Assembly: GCA_965649825.1 (NCBI GenBank)
Contig: OZ287694.1
Coordinates: 2,214,640 to 2,278,639 of the forward strand
Reading direction: 5' to 3'
DNA length: 64,000 bases
From: Penicillus capitatus
Taxonomy: Eukaryota; Plantae; Chlorophyta
Made by a program: the position numbers and the translations under genes. The stretch's first letter is position 1. The number at the start of each line of letters is the position of its first letter. Shown in pieces: positions 50,864 to 60,225 of the stretch. Below the pieces are notes generated by a model. That model worked only from the letters and a program-made list of their open reading frames with translations, was not told where the DNA came from and did no database searches.

Positions 50864-52616
50864 GAGAACGAACGGTTTTTGAATTTCCCGACAGCTGAGC
50901 TGTTTTCTTTTATACCTTTTTTGTCCTTTATGGCCTGAAATCAAAATCCAACTCTGCAACCTCCAAAGCAACGCTGTTATTATCTTGACTGTAGTGCCAA
51001 GTCTTCTGGTTGAACGCGCTTTATGATGACGCAAAAAACTCTGCGATGCATATCAAGAAGCCGCCGACATCTGTTTACACAGACGTTCTAAACACAAGGT
51101 CTTCTCAACGTGTCTAAATCTGTGTATTCCGATAAAGGACGATTGTCGAAAGATCGACGAAAGTAGTCATCGTCTTTACGCTTCATCTGATCTCGACTCA
51201 CTCTGCGCTTTGTCGGAGAAAAGCGTACTCTACATACTACTGTAGAAGTCAATTTCGTTTATATCTCCAGAAGAATATGCAGACATTTTACAGCTGCGAC
51301 CCTCGGAAGCGAAGACCTCTGGCGCTGCATATGTTCGTCAGAGCTGTGTGTTCTGGCTATTGCTTCTTCTATGCGGAAAGCGTCGAGAGAGTGGACATTG
51401 CTAGAATAGATTTTTCCTCTTCTTGAGCGCCGGAGGTTAGCAAAAGAGAGACGAGTTGACGTTCGCGGTGTAGTGACAAGTTCTTCAGTGACGAACACCA
51501 AAAGAGTGGCACTTAACCGGCCCTGTTCCTCGCAGACGAAACGCACCTAATGGACACACGTGAAGAGAGGTTGGCCTGTCTGAGGTAATATGTGGACCTC
51601 CGTCGTTCGTTTCTCGTTCTTTTCGTCGCGGATGTCGCCGTTTGTAAAAAGCTGTCGGATGCAGTCGACCGTCTTCCCCCTGCGATATCCTCCCGAGAGC
51701 AGCGAAGGCCGTGAGTGAGTGGAGAGACGTTCGGGTATGGCGCAGGAATTAGAAGTTGCCTTCCGCAGATGTATCGCGTGCGAAGCTCGTGATACCGTCT
51801 GAGCTCACAAACGTTATATGACCGTCGAAGATGATGGTCGGTGTTGCTTGGAATCACTGCCGTTGAAAGACTATCGGTCTATATACCTCGCACGTACGAT
51901 ACACTTTTCCAAATACAAAGTATTGAAAACCAACCAACCTATGTACTTACTCTATTATATGCGTCCAAAAAACAACCGATTGTTAAGCGCACACAAACAA
52001 AAAACTTATGCGAAACATAGAGAATCCAATTACATACCACCAGTTCGGTTCGATTCATAGAGTTCGAACTTATGTTAATACAAGGATACAGCCCCGGCGG
52101 AGAAACAGCCAGTTCGATTTATATGCATCGAACTCATTCATGTTGACAGAGAAAACAACAAAAGCAACAAGCTTACGACACTGAAAACGAAAACAGAGCG
52201 CTAGCGCGGGAAAGAAAAACCACGTTGCCCACGAAGACGCTAAAGAAAAAACGCGGCATATCAAGTCGACTGCAAAACTCTAGGTCAACAAGCCGCACGC
52301 AGTGAAGCAAAGAACGCAGCCCCACAACAATCTTCGTTCTTTCGCCACGATCACCCTACGCTCTCCACTCCTCGCATTCCTGGTCGCCAAGCTTTGGCCT
52401 GCACCGCGTATGCGCCATGCGTATTCTCCCCTTCATCGCACAACACCGATAAAAGAGTTAGATCGCCAACTCGCTATCCCTCCACGTCGACCCTTGACAT
52501 TATCTTCTCTCCTCGCCCGCCCATCGCGACATGATTCCGCCATCCGAAGGGATACCCCCGATACATACAACCTCCGACGAAACCTAATCCGCACGTCAGA
52601 CCGCTTTAACGGTCAC

Positions 52617-53546
52617 CTATCTTCTTGATTTCTTCTTTGCGCCTTTAGATGAACTTCCCGCGCCACTGTCGACCTTCTGTTTTGCGCTAACATCCTTTAA
52701 CTTCGCCATTCGTTCTTCTCGAGCTCGCGTGTCTCGTAGACCGTAACAACGCTTTGCCTCGCTCTCCCTTTTCAATTCTTCTTTGTACGACAAGCCCTGA
52801 CTACGGCGTTTAGAACCGCGGCTCCCAGATTTCTCCTTCGTTTCGTCTCCATCTTCGTCTACTTCTGGTTCCGGATGCGCCTCAGTGACGATTTCTTCTT
52901 CTTGTTCCGCTTCCGGCGGCTCCTCCGCAACGACCTCCGTATCCGGTGGCCCCTCCGCAACGACCTCTTCCGCTTCTTCCCCCTCCTCGGGGATCTTCTT
53001 GTCCGCGGCCACATCGCCCGCCTCGTCTAAGATGAACTGAACGAAGCTGACTGCCAGTCCAAATATACGTTGACGCACCACTTCCACGGTTCCTCTGAAC
53101 GCCGACGACATGTTCCTTGCAAACACTGCAACTCTAAGGGGCATCGCACCGTCGCCAAAGTGTGCTCCGAAGGCTGTCGTCAAAACGTGCCTAATAATTG
53201 TCGCGAAATCGGCCCACGTGGCTCCGTGTTCGTCAATACCCTTCGGATCCACTTCTTCGCAAACCCACGAGACGAGATCAATGTCGACAAACGTCTTACG
53301 CGAGGAATACGGATATATATGATCCAAATGTCTTGAAAGGGTGACGTAAAAAATTCTATACTTTTCAAGGTCGATGGCTTCTTGCTGCAAAACGTTCATG
53401 GTACGGTCTGTCAAAATCCGAGCGGCAGAAAGATAGGCACCCATCACGGTTACGGCTCGCAAAAAATCAGGAAGACGAACGCTGTCGCGCAGAATGTTTA
53501 ACGGAACCGATTTGAATCGCAGGAGATCGTAAACTTTGAAACGCAA
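52617..53546 (-). CDS. Unknown protein of about 310 aa: globular N-terminal half, Glu-rich linker, Lys/Arg-rich tail; likely repeat/TE-associated
   Basis: Long uninterrupted ORF in an AT-richer non-housekeeping region. It has no in-frame ATG at its start, so an upstream exon is possible (candidate MSQHGNDSNDDAFPP near 54454). A decayed paralog lies at 1800-1915. Confidence 0.55.
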   Translation of the reverse strand: MRFKVYDLLRFKSVPLNILRDSVRLPDFLRAVTVMGAYLSAARILTDRTMNVLQQEAIDLEKYRIFYVTLSRHLDHIYPYSSRKTFVDIDLVSWVCEEVDPKGIDEHGATWADFATIIRHVLTTAFGAHFGDGAMPLRVAVFARNMSSAFRGTVEVVRQRIFGLAVSFVQFILDEAGDVAADKKIPEEGEEAEEVVAEGPPDTEVVAEEPPEAEQEEEIVTEAHPEPEVDEDGDETKEKSGSRGSKRRSQGLSYKEELKRESEAKRCYGLRDTRAREERMAKLKDVSAKQKVDSGAGSSSKGAKKKSRR

Positions 53547-54902
53547 AGTCTTGCACGATAACTGTACATCTACAACGCTTTTATAGGGTGGCGTTTAGTG
53601 ATGTCACATCAAAGCCGCGGCGGGCCTATTTTAAGTACCAAAAAGGAATATTCTCCGAGGATTCCGGAATCTACTTGGAATCTGTGACGTAGAGCCGCGG
53701 GTCTATTTGTGGATGGGAAGGTATAGAGAACCTACGACCTGTCACCTGGAGATCGACACAAGTGTAGGTAGATGAGCGCATTAGCGTGAGCGCTACGTCT
53801 TAACACGACAGCAGCGTGCGCAGAAATCCGCGAAACCCTAATGCGCGATACTAATATATAGTGTTCAAACCTGCGGTTAGCTTTCGTATCTCGGAGGGCG
53901 ATTGGCTGATGCGACGTCACCGCCATGTGTCATCTCGGTTACAGGTTCTAAATCCAAGACCTCTGTTCAATCGGGATTCTCCGTAGAGAAGCGTCGCCGC
54001 ACGTAAGAACTGTGAGGCCGTTGATTTGACCCAACAGATTGATGGGAATGGGACCGTCAGAGGAAGCTTCACGTATTACGGAGCAAAGGTATCTACAGGT
54101 TCGCATTCATGTATTTGTATGCACGCTTGTGACTTGACTGGTTAGTCATCTGCCTCGCAGAACCATAGAAAAGGAACCCTGAGGTGACGTGAACCTTGCA
54201 AAAGTGCACCTTCGGAGACACAACTTTTGGAAAACTAGGCAGTCACGATGTGATAGCCCAATCCTACTGACAGGGACAAACGAGATGACGTTTCGCATTA
54301 AAAGGACAGAACGATTGTGTGAAGAACTCCCTCCGGCACCTTCGCCCTGCACCTCCCTTTCGACGTCCTCGGCTTGGACGACGCGGATTTCTCCTTCGTC
54401 TTGACCGGGGAGTGGAGGAAAAGCATCGTCGTTGGAGTCGTTCCCGTGTTGACTCATCTCACAAACGCAGCGGAAGTCTCGAAATTGGACGACGGTGGGC
54501 GAGAGTTCGAAGGCCACACAAACAGCGTTAGCAGCAAAGGGTGACTTGTTACAACTTGACGATAGACAGCGAATGTTTTATAAGATGTAAACAGAGTGTA
54601 TGCGATTCACAGATGACAAAGGAACTTGAATGTCAAACGAAAGATGTTTTATGTGTCCGAACCTTGTTTAAATACTCAATCCTTGATGTGACATGAGGAA
54701 AAGTGCAAGAAGTTCAAGAGTGAGTTCATAGTGAGGTTCCCACTGAGACTAGGAAGTTCAGCGTGAAATTCTAGAAGCTTCCTGAGAAGCCCAGTGTGAA
54801 CTTCGCAGGGACTCACTCCTTGTCATCGCGACTCAGCAGCGACGGTCATGTCGCGTGGCCAAGAGCGAAAACAAAACATCAAAACATTATTACGGTCACC
54901 GT

Positions 54903-55149
54903 TGTCGCCAAGATTTGGCGTGTCGATGTGACTGCCTCGTTTCCGATGGGTTCACGTCTTGGGGGGTTGCAGGTTGAGTCATCTGGGGCGCTATTCTTTG
55001 GTTCTGGCGCAAGGATGACTCACCTGCCTAGGCAGGTCACATCGCTTCTGGGGTATAAAACGGATAGTCGGAACGCTACTTTGCCTTGCTCCAACAGTTG
55101 TAAAAGGACTTCCGCTGTTTGCTGTTTTCGTCCGACCCGACCGGCGACA
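54903..55149 (+). mobile_element. Solo LTR, 247 bp, TSD ACCGT
   Basis: Termini TGTCGCC...GGCGACA; ACCGT at 54898-54902 and 55150-55154; TATAAAA at 55054. Confidence 0.85.
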
Positions 55150-55185
55150 ACCGTCACATCAACGTCCCTTGTGTTTCGCGCCTTT

Positions 55186-55700
55186 TGTCGGCAAGATGTA
55201 ACAGGACCACTGGATAGAATAGATGAATGGGACGGGATGATGGGACTGCCTGGCTGAGGACGGGGTCATGTGTTGAGGGGGCGCTCGGGGTCTTGTCATG
55301 TGGGGTTTTGGACCAAGAAGGGGCCACTGTCGCGCGGAGGCGCCGAACGAAAACGATAACAGCGGAAGACTTACAGTGTTCGGAGCAAGGTGAAAACCTG
55401 TTCAGATTCTGCATTATATAGTCGCCTGCTGACGTAACCCTTCTAGAATGGTGAGTCAGCTCGTGCTCAGGGCCAGAGAAAAGCGTCCCAAGACGCAGTT
55501 GACAAGACAGGCGGCACCCCCTCGCACGGTGGACCCTCCCAAAACAAGGCAGGGTCACATCGCTCGGCGATAGCCACATTTCCTGGATCTGGATGAAGGG
55601 TGACTCATCTGTTTTGAGGGTCGCATCGTCTGGACCGGATAAAAGGGGACGGAACGTTAGGATTTTGCCTTTGTTTTAAGAGAGTTTTCCTTCGTTTCGT
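55186..55700 (+). mobile_element. Truncated older LTR-like fragment interrupted by the 55328-55572 solo LTR
   Basis: Starts TGTCGGC and contains TGACTCA (55601) with GATAAAA 37 bp downstream, like the related LTRs. No 3' terminus or TSD found. Confidence 0.4.
55328..55572 (-). mobile_element. Solo LTR, 245 bp, TSD GCCAC
   Basis: GCCAC at 55323-55327 and 55573-55577; ends TGTCGC...GCGATA (one terminal mutation). The minus strand starts TATCGCCGAGCGATGTGACCCTGCC, almost identical to the start of the 56082 LTR. Confidence 0.8.
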
Positions 55701-55907
55701 TCTTGCGTCGCACCTCGCCAAACGCAGAAGCTATGTGATCGAGCAACAGAACCGAGAACTCTGAAGCGTCCCGGCGGACAAACAGCCTACGGGTGTGCGA
55801 CCTGCGATGCCTTTGTCGTGTTCGATAGAAGACGCATTGTTTGGATGCTTGGAAATCAACAATTAAGGATCTGATCAATCGAAGGACGCCAAACGCTGCG
55901 CTAGTGT

Positions 55908-56006
55908 TGTCAGACAAGACTGTCACATCACCTGTAGCATATGAATACATGGATGTGAACGCATGTGTACCTATGCTCTGTAAAAACGTGAAGCTTTCCT
56001 CTGACA
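55908..56006 (+). repeat. 5' LTR (99 bp)
   Basis: TGTCAGA...TCTGACA; identical to 57801-57899. Confidence 0.97.
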
Positions 56007-56018
56007 TGGTTTCGGAGC
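56007..56018 (+). promoter_or_regulatory. Primer binding site
   Basis: TGGTTTCGGAGC directly after the 5' LTR; 10/12 match to the plant initiator-Met PBS TGGTATCAGAGC. Confidence 0.75.
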
Positions 56019-56081
56019 GCAGTTAACGCTCCTGTGTTTGAACTCCGTCTGAGTGACGTTGCGCGATTCGCTGAGCGTCTT

Positions 56082-56540
56082 TGTCGCCGAGCGATGTGAC
56101 CCTGCCTCCTTTCTGAGGGGGCCACGTCCGTGGGGGTGCTGGCTGACTCATCTGAGGCGTTGATTTCTGGTTCTGGCGTTGGGGTGACTCACTTACTCAG
56201 AGGGTCAAATCACAAGAAACGGATAAAACCCTGGATTTGTGCCTTTTGTAAGCTTTTGTGCCTTCTGCGCAACGTGCGTGTGTGAGCAAATTCCACCCTG
56301 GCTGCCGACGAGGCGCAATTACCTTCGCGTGCCGTTATTCCATACCCACCACTGTACCAAAACACGCCATATTTGTCGGCCCTCGACTTCTTTAGACAAG
56401 CGGAACGAGGGAGCCCTGACACTCGGCAGGATATTATTCAAGCCGGGAACCAACCGTTTATCCCTGTGGAAGAAGGACCGACCGACCGACGCAGAGGTCG
56501 ACGAAGAAAGATCCCAAGGGGATCCTAATCCTAGGCGACA
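56082..56540 (+). mobile_element. Nested solo LTR, 459 bp, TSD GTCTT
   Basis: Termini TGTCGCC...GGCGACA; GTCTT at 56077-56081 and 56541-56545; the U3-like part is similar to the 54903 LTR. Confidence 0.88.
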
Positions 56541-56810
56541 GTCTTTTACGTGGTGCTTTGGGCTGTGTGTGCCCCAAGTCGTTTGTGTCCGTTCGAAACT
56601 TGCGTTCAGTGTTTGTGCGGTGCGCTGGTGACTACGACCGCGTGTTCGTTTGTTCGTTCGAAGTTCGTTCGGAGCATTGGCGGTGCGCTTGTGGTTGCGA
56701 CCGCGTGTGTTGACTTGTGACCTACGTTTTTGGCGTTTGTTGCGCATTACGCCTTCCTTTGTGGAAGTCGAGTCCTGTTTCCAAGGAATCTCAAGAAAGC
56801 ATCGATAAGG

Positions 56811-57728
56811 ATGAGTCGAGCACAACATAGAGGGCAGGGTCAAACAGAGGAAAGATGCAGAATCCTCTTAAGGGAGCTGCGTCAGGTGGACACGGAAAAC
56901 GGAATACTACGGGAGAGATTGCAGGAAGCTGAGCGAGCGAGGACGCAAATGGGACGTGAATGGAATGCCAGGAGTGATGAACTCGCCAACCTGCAAATGG
57001 CTTTACAGGAGATCCGCACTGAGAATGAGAAGCTTCGAGAAGACGTTGCGAAGGCGACGCAGGCAACAAAGAAAATCCGCACTGAAACTTCCTCTCTACG
57101 ACAAAAACTGAAAGAGACCGAGACGGCCTTTGCAGAGGCAAAAAAAAAACATTTTATTATGGCACCTGCTTTGGTGCCTAGTCTTCAGTCGTTGACCGGT
57201 GAAGTGAGGATGCTGCAGAAGACAGTGCAGAAGAACGGTGAAAAGACAGCCGAGGCGCTAGCGAGGAGACCACCGGAAGATTTTGCATCTGGTATACGGT
57301 CGCTTAGCAACGAGGTAAAGACGGTAAGAGTGGACCTGAAGACCAAATTCGACAAGACAGCTGAAGCGATAACGACAAGACGTGCGGAAGGACAGCGACA
57401 TGCGAGGACGCTGCAGCAAATGAAACGAGTGCTGCACGACATAGGGCGGTATCCGAAAAGACAGCGAACGAGAGCTGACGGGACCGATGGAATGAGGAAC
57501 GTCAAGCACGGCAGAATTTGTTACTGCTGCCGAAGTAAAGGACATCTGGCAAACGATTGTTCGCGGGCGCGGAATTCGGATATGGTCGAGTCACCAGCGG
57601 GTCCAAATACGTCGTATACGCAACAGCGTACGGAAAGTCCACGGGAACCAGCGGTTAATGAAACTGCATCAACGGGTTGGAACGTCTTTTCAATGTTTAA
57701 ACGGATGTTTACCTCGGGTATCGATTGA
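56811..57728 (+). CDS. Gag-like/RNA-binding protein: long coiled coil plus CX2CX4HX4C zinc knuckle (305 aa)
   Basis: Heptad-rich LRELRQVDTENGILRERLQEAE...LRQKLKETE; CYCCRSKGHLANDC; it is the only long ORF in the element. Confidence 0.85.
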   Translation: MSRAQHRGQGQTEERCRILLRELRQVDTENGILRERLQEAERARTQMGREWNARSDELANLQMALQEIRTENEKLREDVAKATQATKKIRTETSSLRQKLKETETAFAEAKKKHFIMAPALVPSLQSLTGEVRMLQKTVQKNGEKTAEALARRPPEDFASGIRSLSNEVKTVRVDLKTKFDKTAEAITTRRAEGQRHARTLQQMKRVLHDIGRYPKRQRTRADGTDGMRNVKHGRICYCCRSKGHLANDCSRARNSDMVESPAGPNTSYTQQRTESPREPAVNETASTGWNVFSMFKRMFTSGID

Positions 57729-57782
57729 CTTGATTCTGTTCATTTTTCGGAGGGTTTTCACGTTTTCGGAGTCTGCGCAAAC

Positions 57783-57800
57783 GGAAGGTGGATGGGACCA
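57783..57800 (+). promoter_or_regulatory. Polypurine-tract-like sequence
   Basis: GGAAGGTGGATGGGACCA abutting the 3' LTR. Confidence 0.6.
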
Positions 57801-57899
57801 TGTCAGACAAGACTGTCACATCACCTGTAGCATATGAATACATGGATGTGAACGCATGTGTACCTATGCTCTGTAAAAACGTGAAGCTTTCCTCTGACA
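57801..57899 (+). repeat. 3' LTR (99 bp)
   Basis: Identical to 55908-56006. Confidence 0.97.
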
Positions 57900-57930
57900 A
57901 GTGTCTACTGACGTTATCATGAAGTCAGCG

Positions 57931-58437
57931 TGTCGCCGAGCGATGTGATGTTGTCTTGTTCTGTGGGGGTCAGCTGTGCGCAGGGGCGCTGCATGTCTTG
58001 TCGACTGTGTCTTGGGACGCTCTTCTCTGGCTCAGGTGGCGCGATGACTCACTTCTTCGTGGAGTCGCATCACCAGGGCGGTGTAAAAGGGGGGTATGCA
58101 CGGACTTTTGCCTTACGATTGTTGTAAGACTTATCGTGTCGCTGCATCCTGGCGGATCACGACGCGGAGCACAACGTTCAACGCGCGACTATTCTCTACG
58201 CGCCTCTCTACCCTACCTTCGAAGACCGCCTTAACCGTTTCCGTCAGTCAGAGGCCTCCGAGTTACAACAGCGAGGTGCTGAGCGGGTCATAGACAACGC
58301 GGAAATCTACGGTTCGCAGCGAAGCTCAGAAGACGCCAGTGTCGACCTAGTCGCGCCGCTTCCAGAGGACATTCCTTCCCCCGGACCCCCAGACGCCACG
58401 ATGGTGACTAGGCCTCCGGGAAGGGCATTACGTGACA
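57931..58437 (+). mobile_element. Solo LTR, 507 bp, TSD CAGCG
   Basis: TGTCGCCG...CGTGACA; CAGCG at 57926-57930 and 58438-58442; empty site (CGCTG) at about 22949-22953. Confidence 0.9.
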
Positions 58438-58740
58438 CAGCGGTTCTTGGCTGATTGAGACATCTTTGCAGAGAGAGCAATCACCCAGACGTTTTCAGAA
58501 CCACCTCTCCGTCTGACCTCTCTGCAGGACATGCCTCGAGTCATCCATCGAAAAGGACTGACGTTTCAATGTTTCCTTTGCCTCAATCATGAAGCCTCCG
58601 ACTCTGAGAGCGTTTGCAAGTTAAACAAGCATGGGCATGGAGTTCGAGGAAAAGTCATCCACAAGAGAAAGGTACAGGTGTGGCCATGCACCCTGAAGAG
58701 CAACAGAATTCACCTATACACCGACTTGGCCTAGACTGAG

Positions 58741-59574
58741 TGTTGGTCCGTTGGCTGATCAAGCGAAGAAGTCTTTGGCGACGGTTTGAAGGCCGTCAGG
58801 GCTGCTCGCTTGAACGTGAAGAAGCACTCAGCGACGGTTAAGAGAGCACTCGAGAGGGTCGAGAAATGACCGAAGGAGGGTGAAAGACGAGTCTGCAATA
58901 AGACGTGAAAGTCGTGAATTGGCAAGTATCCAGAGTTCGAGTCTGAGTGGCGTGTATTCTCAGAATGATCAGAAAAACGTCACTGTCATCTGTGAGCACT
59001 TAGACATTCGCCAGAAGTCTCAGAAACTGGCAGAACTCGATGATTGATGAGGACGCGGCGACGTTGAGTCTAACGCTGCAAATGACCTGCGAGGTGCAAG
59101 CGACGTCGAGTTCTAAGCCGAAAGTCCGAGGCGACGGACGACGCTGTAACCCTGAGTGTTCGGCCTGAATTACAGAAAACGCGAGGAAAGCGTGGCAGTC
59201 AGCTGACGTGACGAAATGGACAGTAAACGCGCTGAGAAGAAGACGCAGCATGTGGTAAAAGCCTGAAGATGTAGCGTCGCAGTGAGGCGAAGACATGAAA
59301 TCAAGGTGTCGCCAGGAGGCGACGTAAGACGCGAATTTAGTGTGTGTAACTAAGAAAAACGCAAATGAAACGGAGAACATGGGCATATAAAATAAGAACT
59401 TTAGGGGCAAGTTTCGGTTTAAAAGCTTTCGGTGTTGCGTGCAAATTCTGTCGATCGAGTCGCCTTGCGTTGTTGACGACTACAAGCGTAATCCCGCTGC
59501 CGTGCTGACGATTTTGGCCTGTTTTTCAGCGCCAATTCTGCCCCATCGTCACATAGCACTGCAGAAAACCAACA
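58741..59574 (+). mobile_element. Solo LTR, 834 bp (different family), TSD CTGAG
   Basis: TGTTGGT...ACCAACA; CTGAG at 58736-58740 and 59575-59579; TATAAAA at 59386; empty site CTCAG at 22646-22650. Confidence 0.92.
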
Positions 59575-60225
59575 CTGAGCATTCATTGGACGTCGAAAAC
59601 GTGGTTCGATCATGCCAGTAGCAAGGGAGACGCTCCGTAGAAGGTAAGTTGTATTGCAATGAAAGACCATGTTCGCCGTATTATACTTGGCAGTGATTCC
59701 ATCATGGCACAACGTCTTCTCTCGGCCGAAAACTTCAGGTATTAAACAAACAAACAAACAATACAGCTAGTATACGAGATACAGCAGAGTGCTCAAAACC
59801 AAGAAACTTCCGACGACGCCGACTCCTTTGCAAACGCGCCAAGACGTGACCCATAAACTGGAGGAGATCCGCGAATCCCATCCACATTTAGTCGATGGCG
59901 CATGTCCTTTGTTTTCGATTACCGAACGAAAACAGCAGGCGAGTATAGACAACACCCATAATTCTTACGCAAGGAGATTGTGATGCCGAGCGAAAGTCGA
60001 CGAAGCGTCCACCTAGGCAGTTTCCTCGCGATGGCCGAAACGTGACGTGTCCATGCGCAATGAAGAACATGGATAGGCAATGACGTCATTATACCTTATG
60101 GGCACGTGAATCGTCTGATACGGTGCATTCGACCGCTACCTGTTATGTGTTTCCGTCGCAAGTCCTCTGCCTGTCGTTTCAAGTTCTCTCGCTTGTTCTC
60201 CAGCGAACCTTCAAACTCAACTGCC

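Larger units (their letters stand above)
55908..57899 (+). mobile_element. Complete small non-autonomous LTR retroelement (TRIM/TR-GAG-like), TSD AGTGT
   Basis: Identical 99-bp LTRs, PBS-like TGGTTTCGGAGC, purine-rich tract before the 3' LTR, AGTGT at 55903-55907 and 57900-57904. Empty site (ACACT) at 22975-22979. No pol sequence. Confidence 0.95.
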
